Source: Eledone cirrhosa (taxonomy: Eukaryota). Taken from it: DNA of 64,000 nucleotides. Below, in pieces: positions 26,873 through 40,481 of this stretch. The DNA is taken from NCBI GenBank assembly GCA_964016885.1, contig OZ024740.1:104966001-105030000 (forward strand), given 5' to 3'. A model generated the notes under the pieces. It made no database searches. It was given only the letters and a program-made list of their open reading frames with translations, and was not told where the DNA came from. The translations under genes were made by a program, and so were the position numbers. The number at the start of each line of letters is the position of its first letter. The first letter of the stretch is position 1.

Positions 26873-27240
26873 ATGACACTAGATTATTATTTCTACTAAT
26901 CACGAAGCATGGTATAGCTTCTTAAACTTTCTTGTTTAAACATTTATTTATGAGTGTATATTTGGAACCCCCCTTCACCCCCCCCCCCCCCCCAAAAAAA
27001 AAACAACAACAACAAAAACAAACAAAAGAACGGAAATTTAAGAACTGTTTTTAACATGCTTTTTCCCTGCCAGAAGCCTGAATGCTTCTCCGTAAGTACA
27101 TATCGCCCTTGTTTCTGCCTTTCTGCTGGTTACATTTACAAATATCTATTATTTTATTTGTTGTAAACTTTAGACTTCTAACAAGACACTTGTTTACGTA
27201 CTACAAATTGATTCTGAACATTCTTACACATATACACATG

Positions 27241-27274
<34 letters not shown>

Positions 27275-27278
<4 letters not shown>

Positions 27279-27740
27279 AAATAAGGATCCGAAGACATGG
27301 TATAAATTTCCAATCATTTCAATCACGACACATGTTTCAATAAGAGATAGATCGATCGTGTAGCCATGATCGATTATCACTGATCTCGTCGGGTGAAAAT
27401 GAATTGTCTTCAAATCCTTGATATGAGGGAGAAAATTAACGATGTTCACTCACAGAGTTTAGTCCCTCATATGAAGATCAAACAGTCAAAACACGGCGAC
27501 TGCTATCGTCTTCAGTTAGGGTCATAAAACTATCAGGTCTCTATCTCCCAATAGCTGTAAAAGACGCTGGAGAAATCAAATCTGTAGAATTCCAGTCGGA
27601 TCCTTATTTTGATACAAATACTCCGTTTTACATCATCTAACTGTTCCCATAAATGGAATTGGAGATATACAAAAGCGTGAAGAACTTAATAATGCTAACA
27701 AAAATTTATTGGACCGTTTGACACAACCAATAATACACCT

Positions 27741-27745
<5 letters not shown>
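27275..27745. mobile_element. (TA)n-flanked element with an 18-bp inverted repeat and a hammerhead-like motif; probable PLE terminal-repeat relic
   Basis: ATCAAAATAAGGATCCGA (27275-27292) and its reverse complement (27596-27613); motif at 27323-27396 on the minus strand. Confidence 0.45.
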
Positions 27746-27779
<34 letters not shown>

Positions 27780-27780
<1 letters not shown>

Positions 27781-27962
27781 TGCATTTGACGGCTAAGACG
27801 CACCCCAATTTGCGGATTAATTTAAGGGCCACTGCTGCTCTAGATTTCCACTAGCCAGTAACCCAAACTGACCCTTGACCTTAAAAGACGCAGAGTGGTT
27901 TTCTGGGACATTTGGACAGTTTTTTGGGGAGAAAAAAGTGTCTTATAAGACGTCGAATATGG
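27780..27962. mobile_element. Tc2/pogo-like MITE
   Basis: Imperfect TIRs CTGCATTTGACGGCTAAGACGCAC / GTGTCTTATAAGACGTCGAATATGG, between TA-rich tracts. Confidence 0.5.
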
Positions 27963-27970
27963 TGCGTATG

Positions 27971-28014
<44 letters not shown>

Positions 28015-28870
28015 TATATATATAAATATTTTACCTCTAAGTTTTTATACTCTTTATTTTACTCCTATAAAGCTATCCAGTCTCCAAGAAAGTTCCCTCT
28101 GATCATCCCTTATGGGATCATGGAGCTAAACAACCTCTCTGTTTCTTTATATATCTTTGTACAGGTGTCCCTCCCCCCTCTCTCTACCTATCTATTTATT
28201 ATATACCAATCTGCTTATATATCAATCTACACTCACATCAACTAATTGTACCATTCCAAAAGTCAGAACATGCCAGTAGAAATGTTTCTTTTGTGTTATA
28301 TTTAATCTATGTTACCACAAAGTATTATTATTATTATTATTTATTGTTGTTATATCTGTTATTATTATTACTTATTTAATTATTTTGCAGGTTGAACAGT
28401 TTATTTTTTTATACAACTTGTACCTCTAATGTTGTTTTTTGAGTGATGAGGTTGAACAATAAACTCTCCCAACCAACTAAATTTCTCTACAAAAAAAAAA
28501 GAAATTTTTGATGTTTTTCTATATTTTTTTCGTTTTTTTAATCTCTGTATTCATTATTATTGTTTTAGTTATTTGTACCCTGAAGTGACAACTGAGTTGA
28601 TAGAATATCTGTCGTTTAGCTGATGGTATTATCAGTTCATATCATACCAACCACCTCTACTCTGTATCCTTCGCCAACATTAAAAATACAACAAATTCTC
28701 ACTGGTTCAGCCCACATAAATATAAATAGGCTCCTTGAGGTGGTCCAGTCCAATATCACCAGAACTATGATTAAAAACATTCCAGTATTGATGGATTTTT
28801 TGATGAACAGTCGACTGTTTGGAAAGGGACGTAATTGAATGTAACATGCCGTTTAGGATAAATTTTTATT

Positions 28871-28968
28871 ATTAACTTTGCCTTTCATCCTTCCGGGGTC
28901 GATAGAATAAAGTACCAGTAATGCATTGAGTAATTGCTGGCCTTGTGCCAAAAGTAGAAACAATTATT
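28871..28968 (+). mobile_element. 5'-truncated SINE copy
   Basis: Near-identical to the 3' half of the copies at 21.1-22.2 kb and 32511. Confidence 0.85.
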
Positions 28969-31574
28969 ACACCTGTCTTTGGAATAAGTATTATGGACTT
29001 CTCTGGTTGCGAAACCATGAAAAGCAAGTAATTTATAATTGTTTTAAAGGCCATATTTGTTCGAAACATAAAAAATCATAGGAAAAACAAATTTCACCTT
29101 CAAAATTCTAACCAAACCTATCCTTAAAATGAATAAATTTTTACTATTACATTCATCTCCAAGAAAAGTGTAATAGTAAAAAATTTACCCTATCCTCACC
29201 ACCACTGCACTCTATCCATGGCCAATATCTTTTAAAAGCACTCACTGGTTCAGTCTATCTAACGGTGAATTGGCTCCATGGGGGTGGTTCAGCCCATTGA
29301 GTTGTAGATATGTAGGTCATCACTAGAAGCAGTAGATGTACTATTGTCATTGTTTACTCCATGTCACCAGAACTAAGATCAAAGAAATTCCAGCATAGAT
29401 CATCTCAACTTTTTAGTAATACTATGGAATTGCCAGCATCATTAGTACATCAGATAGAATGTTTTGTGGCATTCATTTGGGCTTTCTGCACTCTCAGTTC
29501 AGCATTGCCTTTCATCCTTTTGAGATCAATAAAAAATGTACCAGTCCAGTACTGGAGTCAATTTTTCCTCAATATCTCTTTCTCACTTCCTCTCTAACTC
29601 TTTACTTCTCTTGAAGAAATTGGCTGTGTTCAGACCAGGAGAGGGATAGGCTTCATAAAAATTTTAGAATGTCCAAGACATGTATTCATTATTATTGTTC
29701 ATTATTATTATTCATTATTATTATGGTGCTGCTACAACTCTAGCAGGAGAAAAAGTCCCATACATGTCTAGAAATAATGGGAATATGACTGGACACTCAG
29801 TTGTTTGTAAACGGATGTAGCTAAATGTAACATGGCATTTAGTCCAACACTGCAGTTTATGAATTAACATGTAACTGGTTAAGTATTCCACAGACATGTG
29901 TTCCTAAGCTGACTCAGCATGACACAGTGTGTAACAGGGCTGGACCTTTGAATTATAGGTAAAATCTATCCTATAGACTTCCATACAGTTTATAATTTTA
30001 CTATTGGCTGGTATGCTGATTGATTTTACTATTAGCTGGTTTTGGTAGTATGTTGATTGATCATGTAAAGTATGAAGAGAGTAAGTAGAGACAATGTTAA
30101 AGGTACAAAGTAGGTGCATAGCAGAGAAGCTGGAGTTTAAAAGTGAGGAAAAAATGGCCAGTTGCAGAATGAGCAGGGAAGAATCTAAATCAGAGACTAG
30201 ACTTAATAGATAAGTTGTGTAGACCTAGGTTAGCTTTGCTTTCTAGCTGGTCAAATGATCATGTAGAGGTTCTGTCTTTGATTCACACTAATTAATTAGT
30301 TTGGAATGGAGAGTAATTCCAATAATGAATACTACAAAAGATTAATAAAATCACCAAAGAGAGGTATTTTAGTGATAAGCCAACGAGATAGCCTCCCCAT
30401 GGTTGCTTAACATGCTACAAGTAACAGCCAAATCTTCAAATCACCCTCTAATCTCTTGAAAAGGATGTTTGATAACATTGTCATGAGTTCTATGCACCTA
30501 GGAAAACGATGGGATGGTCACAATTAGAATGACTTTGTTCATAGGTCTATTTGATCAGGTTTGACCTAGGGCTAAATAACAATAACATCATGTTGTACTT
30601 ATTTACAGTCAGCTAGACAGTACCTCCCTATTTATAACTAGGTTGATTGAACCATTAATAGCTTAATATCTTATCAAGGTCACAGGACAATGTCTGAAAA
30701 ATTTGAACATATAATCTTCTGATTCAGTGTGTATGTATTTTACTTTTACTTGGTAGATCTGGAGAAATACAAGCAACTAAAATGGGTTTACTCCAAAAGG
30801 TCTTTGGAGTAATGTTACTCAATACAGTGTATAGCTTGGAGATAAGAGAATTGCTCTAGGTAGAGCTGTTACTTCTCCGAATTAAGGGATCACAGCTCTA
30901 GTATTATGGACGCGATTAGAATGTCTCAGGAAAGAATTGCTGGATAGATTTTATAGGTGAAACCAACCAGCAGGAGACATAAGGAGGCTGCTTATATTTC
31001 TGAGAGTCCTCAAGCACACCTTCCAGTGGGTCCTGTCAGAAGCACCCTTTTGTAAATGTTCCAGCTGTATCCCTAAGTGAGACCAACTGAGCTGATGGAT
31101 GTTATCCAACCATTTTGCTCAAGGTCTACCCCTGGGACTCCTGTCAGTTGGTTTTGCCTGAAAAATTTATTCAACAATTCTTTCCTTATATATTCCAACC
31201 ACATCTACTTGCAGTAATTTGACTTATTCTTATTGTTATCTCTTTTGATAGCAAACCGTCCCTGGTTTTATGATATAGAAACTTCCATAAAAACCTTTGC
31301 TACGTTTCATACACCAGTCTTATAGTGAGAAAGTTATATTACTAAATCTCTCCAAATTTTTGATTATTTTCAAAATGACTTGAAACTTATAGACAGTGTC
31401 TTTTATCAGAAATATGGTTACAAAAGGTTAAGGTATATATTTACAATTAAGTGGACTGCACTATAGTATGTTACCTATTCTACAACTATTTGGTTTGTGC
31501 TATTGAGAATTAAGTGTGAGTAATAGAAGATTAATTGATGACCCTTCATGCTAACACAACAGAGTTGGCTGCCT

Positions 31575-31660
31575 GCAGGTGGAGTGGCTGTTCCAGCGCG
31601 TCTCCCTCACTGTACCCTGGAGCAATGTCTTTTCCATCCTGTCGGCCAGGACCTCGAGGC
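31575..31660 (+). mobile_element. Possible 3' coding end of an REL-endonuclease (CRE-like) non-LTR element
   Basis: GC-rich patch translating VEWLFQRVSLTV..SNV, then SILSA after a frameshift; resembles the xLxQRISxAxxRGNAxSIL C-terminus. Confidence 0.35.
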
Positions 31661-31779
31661 AGATGACATATTAGGGTAGGAGTAGGATGGCAGTCTTCAG
31701 AGGAAAGGGTTAATAATGCTGACTCATACAAGAATATATGTAATTGGTTTTAAGTAATCACCCTTTCATTTAAAACTAT

Positions 31780-32222
31780 TTTTATGGATACATTGAAGCT
31801 CCGACGCCTGGCAACTGACTTGGTAAACACCCACAAAATTGTTAACCATCTTGCCAACAACAACCCCGAGTACCTTTTTGATTTCCATGTGTCTAACACA
31901 CGTGGACATGCCAACAAAGTCAGAAAACAGCACAGTTCCCATGACTTTCAGAAACATTTTTTCACGCTCAGAGTTGCTGAAGCATGGAACAAACTACCTG
32001 CATCAGTTGTTAGCTGTCGAGACTCTGCATCCTTTAAAACCTCCATGCTGCTTCCTGAGATTTGCCAACACTACACCTAATATTCCCCCTCCATACACAC
32101 GCACACATGACTCGTACACTATTCACTTCCCTGACATTTTTATATTATTCTATGTACTATACATGCACCTTTGATGAGTTGTAGTGCACTTGAGCACTGT
32201 ACACAATAATTTCATTATTATA
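31780..32222 (+). mobile_element. CR1-type LINE 3' fragment with tail
   Basis: TLKLRRL..DL..THKI, TRGH..KVRK, HFFTLRVAEAWNKLP; terminal TAGTGCACTTGAGCACTG then (ATT)n. Confidence 0.85.
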
Positions 32223-32510
32223 TTAGAAATAAAGAAAAGTAATGGGTTTTTTTTATCTTACATTTGAACATAGCTTTAGTTAAAGAGAAACTAGTATCTT
32301 CCTGTCTTCCAACTCTACATAATTCACGGTTGAGTGACAGCTTATCATAACTGTTTGCTAAGGTTCACTTGCTGGAGATTCATTATATTGAAAGATATGT
32401 AAAAAAGGAATAACTACAAAAAGATTCCACTACACACATTCACTTTGTTTGTAAATAAGAAATTCATATAAGTTATTGCCCTTGAATTGAGTGGCTTCTT
32501 CCATCACAGA

Positions 32511-32647
32511 GAGTTACGGCTCTTGCCATTCTGAGTTCAAATCCCGCCGAGGTTAACTTTGCCTTTCATCCTTACGGGGTCGATAAAATAAAGTACCAGT
32601 AATACACTGGGTAATTGCTGGCCTTGTGCCTAACGTAGAAACAATTA
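32511..32647 (+). mobile_element. SINE copy, 5'-truncated
   Basis: Nearly identical to the reverse complement of 21720-21853. Confidence 0.85.
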
Positions 32648-33544
32648 AAGAAGTAAACTGCTGAAACATAGTAAACTACTATGATCAACAATCCTTTATC
32701 ATCCTATCTCTCCCACCTCTTTTTTTTGACAGACTACAGGATCAAATGTGTCCTTCTGCTCTTTTAAGACAGTAGTTTGTAATATAAGGGAGATTTGGTT
32801 GTTATTTCTAGCAGGTTAAGTAATTATGTACAGCACTGGTTATTTTAAAGTGTTTATATTTACCTAAAAGTCTTTCATCATAATTTTCTGCTCTATATCT
32901 CTGGTGTTGATTTGGTCTGCTATCTCCCCAGTCTCACATGTTTAGTAACAGATCTGCTTGAATGAGCAGTCCTAAGATGAAAAACCTTCCAACCATGACG
33001 ACTCCATCCTGTTTTCAAGGATAATGTATTGAGAACCAAATTATCTAATGTGTTCATTTTTCAAGAAGGCAGGATATAATTTAAGGGAGATTTAGTTGAC
33101 ATTTCTAGCACATTGAGCCACAGCATTGCAGTTTGTTTAGAACATGTAATTAAACCATGGCTTTTGGCAGCTTTAAATGGGTAGTGAACTGACTAGTTTC
33201 ACCTTAAATTAAATTATCAGGGTTTGTAAATTCAAATGGTTATATCTTTACTATTGGACAGATGGAGTGTTGTAAAAATTTGTGGTATTAGAGAAAAGAC
33301 TTTAATTCTTAATGTAATGCAGTCATAATGTTGATTTGTACATATCTTGCTAATGCGGTTTCATGTGATATAGTACATTAAGGGTTAAGACCAGTCTGGG
33401 ATCTCTTACCTATATCTTCCAAACTCAATTGTTGATATAGACTGTGGAATACATTTTGTGTCATGCAAATGCTGTGTTTAATAACTGTTAGTGGATGTGT
33501 TATTGTAGTTGGTACATCTGGTGTCATACAGCTGTTGAGTTTAA

Positions 33545-33973
33545 CCCTTTAGCATTTACATTACTCTATATATACTATTGTATTTTTGTTGTGAAGGCTT
33601 TACCTTACATAATTATCTCACATAATATCGAACCTATGAGATTTTGATGTTATTTATTTTGAGAACAATACCTTAACATAAGCAGCCGATTTGAACAGAA
33701 CGAGATGAGAGAATTCTGGCCAGATACAGCTGGTTTAACCCTTTAGCATTCACATTATTCTATATATACTATTATATTTTCATGCTAAAGGCTTTACCTC
33801 GCATAATTATCTCACATAATATCGAATCTATGAGATTTTGAAAGTATTTATTTTGAGAACAATACCTTAACATCAGTTTGAGTGACCAGTTACAGCCAGT
33901 TTCAACAGAAAGGAGTAGAGAATTCTGGTCAGTTTTGGTCAGTTTGAACATTAAAGGGTTAAATGCTAAAGAG
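33545..33973. mobile_element. piggyBac-like MITE with a same-family copy (33739-33958) nested at an internal TTAA
   Basis: TTAA|CCCTTTAGCA...TGCTAAAGAG|TTAA; the inner copy is flanked by TTAA at 33735-33738 and 33959-33962. Confidence 0.8.
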
Positions 33974-34409
33974 TTAATGGCTATGTTAGTAGTCATGTAA
34001 GTATAAAGTTAATGAAGTTGGTTGCATGCAGGTGTAGGTTGGGCAAATTCATTATAGCTTTGGATAGAATGCTTTGAATTATATGTGCTGACACTCTGCT
34101 TTCAAACTCTGTAAAGGTCATCTTTATCTTTAATCCTCTCAGGGTTGATAATGTATCAGATGAGGGCAGTGCACTGGTGGAATTGTTAGTGTCAAATGAA
34201 AGAGCTTACAATATCTATTCTGGCTCTTTACATTCTGATGTCAGTGCTTCCAGTGACATTAGCTTTGCTTTTTCTTGCATAACATTGGTAGCATTAGCTA
34301 GGCCTACACCTTTGACTGGAACTTCCCAGGTGCAAGTTTGTTGTTTTTTTGTAATATACAGAAGTCCCAGAGTATGGTTGGTTGTGTTTGAGGATCTCAT
34401 TATCATGAT

Positions 34410-34870
34410 CATTTATTAATGTCTATTTTTCCACACTTGCATGGGTTAGACAGGTTGTCATGTTATTAAACAAGTCAGAACAGATGACTATATCTTGCTT
34501 ATATAGATCTGTATTTTGGCTTGGTTTCTACAGCTGGATGCCCTTCCAATGTGGACTAGGTGCTTTTTGTCGCATCACCAGCATGACCATCTAACTGGGT
34601 GCTTTTTCATTGTCACCAGCATGACCGTCTTAAGGGTGGACTGGGCATGTTTTATCATGGTTCCAAAATGACCATCTATCAGGGTGCTTTTTTGTCATGT
34701 CATCAACATGACCATCTTAGAGACTGGATTGAGTGCTTTTTGTTGTGTCACCAGCACGACCACCTTACAGGGTAGACTGGGTGCTTTTTGTCATGTCACC
34801 AGCATGAGCATATTACAGGATTCACTGGGTGCTTTTTGTCACCTTACAGAGTGGGCTGGGTACTTTGAGA
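34410..34870 (-). mobile_element. RTE-tail element with internal ~48-bp degenerate tandem repeats
   Basis: Reverse complement of the RTE tail (TTTTCCACACTTGCATGGG, CAGCTGGATGCCCTTCC) followed by repeats of GGGTGCTTTTTGTCATGTCACCAGCATGACC. Confidence 0.6.
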
Positions 34871-35369
34871 ACTATGTTTTTATGAGAGTTATCATTTTAC
34901 ATTGACTTTTCGATGTTTGCATCATTTGGATGATGGCTGAGGCTTATCCCAGTTTTATGGGCATTAAGCAATTGAGAGTATAAGATTCTTTCCTTGGATA
35001 GGATGCTAGTCTGTCATAGGGTTAACTTCCAACTGCTGCAAGTATTCATTTTCACCCATGTGTACTGGAGCAACATCAAAGGGGACAAATTAAACCCATA
35101 ACCTTATGATGAGCCCAATATCTTAAGCACATACCTTCACAGTTTATATTGTGTAAGTTATGATACTTTGAAAAATGTAAATTTACCAATAGCTGTTCGT
35201 GTGTGATGTGTGGTAGGAGATATCGACTGTGATATATTTCCTTCAAATGAAACAGTTCTAGTCCTGTAGAAGTCATTTCTATATTAAATATTTATATTCT
35301 GCTATGTATTGAGTACCTTACTGTGGTTACCCCCGATTGAACCCGGGATATACACACATGCACACATGC

Positions 35370-35567
35370 AAAAGAGTCAACTGAAAGGTTCATAGGCTGA
35401 GCAACATACTCTCATGGAATGACCAAGTGAGGTTTATTTTTTCGACATTGTCCCTGGAAAGAAATAATCAGTTATTAATAAGAAGAGTTGAAATTAATGC
35501 ATGCAAGATTTCATAGCTCTAACATCATTCCTTCATTGTCAGCCTTTGAATTTTCCAGCCCATCCTA
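35370..35567. mobile_element. Mariner-type MITE, inverted paralog of 13831-14027
   Basis: CTGAAAGGTTCATAGGCTGA...GTCAGCCTTTGAATTTTCCAG; interior is the reverse complement of the first copy. Confidence 0.75.
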
Positions 35568-35574
35568 TTATACA

Positions 35575-35860
35575 CGGAGCACAAAACAGCTTTGTCAGGC
35601 AACAAGTTAACAAATATACTTGCAGACAGGAAACACTCCTTGTAACAGTGAAAAGACGAAAGCTTGCCTGGTAAGGTCATATATCCCACCACAACTGGTT
35701 ATCCAAAACCATCCTTCAGGGCATAGAAAAGGCAGACAAAGAAAATCCTGGTCCGACAACATCAAAGACTGGACTAGTCACAACACAAAGACCCTTTTAA
35801 GCATGATTGAGAATAGAAACCAATGGCACCAACTGACAGCAAATCGTCTAGAGTAGCACC
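35575..35860 (+). mobile_element. Old RTE/BovB-like LINE C-terminal fragment
   Basis: VKRRKLAW*GHI, RKGRQRKSWSDNIKDWT, ENRNQW. Confidence 0.6.
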
Positions 35861-38231
35861 CTAATGACTGGCTGCACCAGTTGCAGAAACATGATAATAT
35901 ATGGTTGTACCTCTCTTTGTGTTGGCATTATTTATTTGTTGTTTGGAGGTTCTAATAATGAAGGATGTATGTTTATATGGGGCCTATGTAAAGATTGGTT
36001 TGCTGGTTGGCTGTACAGTGTCTGTTGTCTGTAAGCTCTCACTGGGAAGAATTTCTTTTAGTTTCCTGCCTTTATTCCATATTAGTTCCCTTGTACATTG
36101 TTGAGATTATACTTCTCATGGAGCCCTTTTTGAGGCCTTGCTTTATGGACAGATGTCCTTCCTGGTGTCAAAACTCTTTTAGTCACCTCTCACAACACGC
36201 AGAAATACAAGGTATTGATTTTAAACTGGCCACTGAAAGGAAAGATGTATGCCACATATGTAATAAGTGCCATGATTTATGGGAGAAAGACATGGGTAAT
36301 GAACGTAGAAAAGCAGTAGAAAAGGTTGGAAAGAATAGAAATGAGAATTGTCTAGTGGATGAATAGAATATCACTAAGGAAGAGGAAGGCAAACAATGAA
36401 TTGCAAAGCATGATGGAATTTGAACCAGGGACGAATGTTGTGAAGGCAAATGAAATGTGATGGTTAGGTCATGTGTTGAGGAAGGATGAAAGTGACTAGG
36501 TGGGAAGAGTGATGGAAATGAATGTGGAAGACAGTGAATAAAGGGAAGACCAAGAAAGACATGACTAAAAATGACGGAGGAGGAAATGAAAGCTACGGTG
36601 TGAAGTTAATGAAGATAATAGTGCAAATAGAGAAGTTTATCATGGGGCCCTCAAGGTTAACCCTTGCCTTAGCAGAAAATATGGCCTTAAAATGCTTGTT
36701 GTTGTTTTATGGTTTGTACATTGTTTTAGCATTCAGGGTTTTCTATGTTATTGATTTAAGATATCTGACCCAATCAAATAATTATACTATACATGCACCT
36801 TTAATAAGTCATAGTGCACCTGAGCACTGTACACAATCATTTTCATTATTTTTATTATTAGAAGGTCTATATATCAATCTATGAGTTGATAAACTTTGAT
36901 TAACTGGAATTATCTGTGCAATTAGTAAACAAAACCTTTTGGGTAGGGGTGGAGTAAAATCTAAACAACAACTAAAGGGGATAATGCAGCCATTAGAATT
37001 TGTTGGTAAATAATGATAATGCAGAAAGAAGTAAAGCTTGTCTTTAAAGCCTCATTGCCAGGAGAAAGCAGCCACCACCAGACAAGGTATTGTACCTTCA
37101 TACTTCAACTTGCTTCATATTGTTGGTGAAGTGCCAAGTCTTTTAGGACTCTGCATTTTACTGAACATACACACATACACACTCTATCTAGGTCTCTCTC
37201 TCTGTTTATCTGTCTATATATCTATCTATCTATTTTCATATAGTTTGTATTTCTCTCAACCTTTCTCATAAGTCAACTCCTGCTTGTTTACATAATTTTC
37301 TTTCTTTTCCATTATGCAAACACGCTCATGAACCCGAAAGTTGCACACACACACACACACACACTCTCTCACACCCACAAACTTACATACACACACACAT
37401 CTATGTCTTGGTCTTTCATTTTCTCTCACAAATGTGCATTCTTTCTAAGTTTATCTCATACTACAAGAGAAACACAAACACTTTCCTCCTCTATCAAATT
37501 CATACACAAAGCCTGTAGAGACATGTCCAAATGTACTTGAAACTACAAAAGTACATTTGTAATTTGTGAAGGTCAAACAAACTACACAGAACAATCTATT
37601 GTGTTGACTATACAAAATATGATGGATATAGTCAACAGGTTTATTTGTATGCTACTTACTGGTCTAGTTTATTTTTCATCTCACCTTCCCTAGTATTTGG
37701 CTAATACACACAGGGAGAATCAGAACTTGTGTACTATAAAGATATAGCAGTTCAGTAGATGATAGACTATGTAAAAGGTCTTATTACATCTAAGTATTAT
37801 TAACCATCAATCAGTGGAAGGAAGCTACACTAGAGGAAGACTGAGAAAGACAGAGCTGACCCTCACAGAAGAGATGACAAAGGAACACTGAAAGTTGAGG
37901 TAGGCTGTCCTAAAGAGGTTGTGTCCAACTCATAAAAGCATAGAAAAGCGAACATAGAATGATGATGATGATTTCTAAAGGAATACACTGTCAGTGTGTT
38001 GCAATTTATATTGAAAATTAATAAAATAAATTTAGAGGAATTTAATAAAATAACATTTTTTTTATTATCAAGTTTCTATTTGGAATATAACTTAACAAAA
38101 CAATGTCTTGTAATGTTTTAATATTAAATATGAACACATTAAAGTGGAGAGTTTTGTATCACACAACCAGGGGCAGTATCAGATAGGGTGGTATCAAAAG
38201 GTTTTAAAGAATTTTCCACAAATTACTTTAA

Positions 38232-40448
38232 CCCTTTAACATTTACATTTTTCTATATATCATCATCATCACCATTTTACATCCACTCTTCCACGCTAGC
38301 ATGGGTTAAATGGGTTTGTCTTGTGCGCAATGCCAGGTTGGGTGACCTTGTCTTGCTCATATGGGAACTGATTTTGGCTTGATTTCTACAGCTGGATGCC
38401 TTTCCTAACACCAACCTCATTTACAGTGCGTACTGGGTGCTTTTTTACCGTGGTGCATACGCAACCACTTTACAGTATGGGCTGGGTGCTTTTTTGTCGT
38501 GACACCTCATATGACCACCTTGGAGGGGATAGGGGCATATTCTTTGCCCTCGGCTTGTTCCCGTGGGAAGTCGGGTCTTCTGTATTACTGCATGGCGCCA
38601 GAGGTCATGGTCCTGTGTCATTTCCTTTGAGAGGTGCAATTGGGCAAGGTCAGCTTTTATCACCTCATCCCAGGTCTTCTTGAGTCTCCCCACTCCAAGG
38701 CTTCCATCGACTTTTAGTGCTTTGCACCTTTTTATGCAGCTGTCATCCTACATACGCATCACATGTCCATACCAATGCAACCTTCTCTCCTGTACACAGC
38801 ATTTGATTTCTCTTATGCTCAGTCTTGCTCTCAATTCGTTTATTCTTTTCTATTCACATATATTACTATTACACATCCATCGAAGCATGCAAGCTTCATT
38901 TCTTTCTAATCTACACAAGTCTTCCACACACAGCACCCAGGTCTCACTACCATGTAACATTGCTGTTCATATGCACGCATCATACAGTCTGCCTTTCATT
39001 TTGAGGGAAAAGCCTTTTGCAGCTAACAATGGTAGTAGCTCCCTGAACTTCTTCCATCCCGTTCTTACCCTGGTTACTGTACTTTCAGAACACCCACCTC
39101 TGCTGCTAATTCGGTCCCTTAGGTAGCAGAAGCTGTCTATGGTTTCTACAGAACCCTCCCAGAGTTTGGTAGTGCTTGTTTCCTGTGGCTGTTTGCTGCT
39201 TACTGTTCTGGTGCAGCTGCTACATGTAAAGCCTACATTCTTAACTAAGCTTCCTGAGATCCCAAGACATCTCTTGTGTACCCATAGTTTGCATTTGGGG
39301 CAGAGGATAGAATTCTTAACTACACCTTTCCTACATACTGAGCAAGGCTATTTCCCTGAGGGGATCTGGGTTCTGTTTTCTCATCTACTTACGAGGACCT
39401 TAGTCTTTGTCAGGTTGACTTTGAGACCCCTTCTTTCTAGTCCCTGCTTCCATGTTTGGAATTTCTTTAGTTCCACCATAGATTCAGCTATATGTGTAAG
39501 ATCATCTGCATACAGAAGTTCCCATGGGTACCCGGTCTTAAACTCCTCTGTTTAGCCTGCAATACTATAATAAACAGGAGAGGGATAAGAACAGAGCCCT
39601 GTTGGACACCGATCTGTATGCTAAATTCCTCGCTAGAGTCATTGTTAACACTAACTTTGCTGACTGCTCTCCTAAACATGGCTTGTACAGCTTTCACAAG
39701 CCATTCATTTACTCTTAGTTTTCTAAGAGCCCACCAGATTATAGCATGGGCCACTCTGTTGAAGGCTTTTTCCTGATCGACAAATGCAAGGTAGAGCGGC
39801 TTACCTCTAACTGCCTCATAAGGAAGAGAGCATCAGTGGTGCTTTTTCCTGGCACAAACCCAAACTGCATCTCATCTAGTTTTACTCGGTCCCTAATCAA
39901 CTGTGCTATAACTCTTTCCATTACTTTCATGCCCTGGTCCATCAGCTTTATACATCTATAGTTTCCTCTATCTAGTGCATCTCCTTTACCCTTGTAGCAG
40001 TTGACAATGATGCTGCTGTGCCAATCTTTTAGTATGACACCCTCTCTTATTACCTGATTAACAATACGTGTGATTATGGTGTGACCTACCGACCCAGATG
40101 CTTTCAGTATCTCGGTAACTATACCCGATGGGGCGGTTGCCTTCCCAGTCTTATTATCTTTAATTGCCTTTCTTACTACGTTGTTGCTGACTTGTATTGC
40201 TGGTCCCTCTATAGGGTCCACTTGGAGTAGAGGCTCTTTCTCCCATGCAGTCTCCTCATTTAGTACTCTATACTATTGTATTTTCGTAGTAAAGGCTTTA
40301 CCTCACATAATATCGAATCTGAGATTTTGATATCATTTATTTTGAGAACAATACCTTATTGTCAGTATGAGTGGACGGTTATGACCAGTTTGAACAGAAA
40401 ATGTTGAGATAATTCTGACCAGGTACAGCCGGTTTAAATGCTAATAGG
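38232..40448. mobile_element. piggyBac-like MITE split by an RTE insertion (arms 38232-~38258 and ~40265-40448)
   Basis: The joined arms reproduce the 33545 MITE; TTAA at 38228-38231 and 40449-40452. Confidence 0.75.
38258..40265 (-). mobile_element. 5'-truncated, decayed RTE LINE
   Basis: DPIEGPAI, GKATAPSGI, YKGKGDALDRGNYR, QFGFVPGKSTTDA, GVQQGSVL, YADDL; (CAT)n tail at ~38259. Confidence 0.92.
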
Positions 40449-40481
40449 TTAAATAAATGAATAAAGAAAACAATAAATAAT

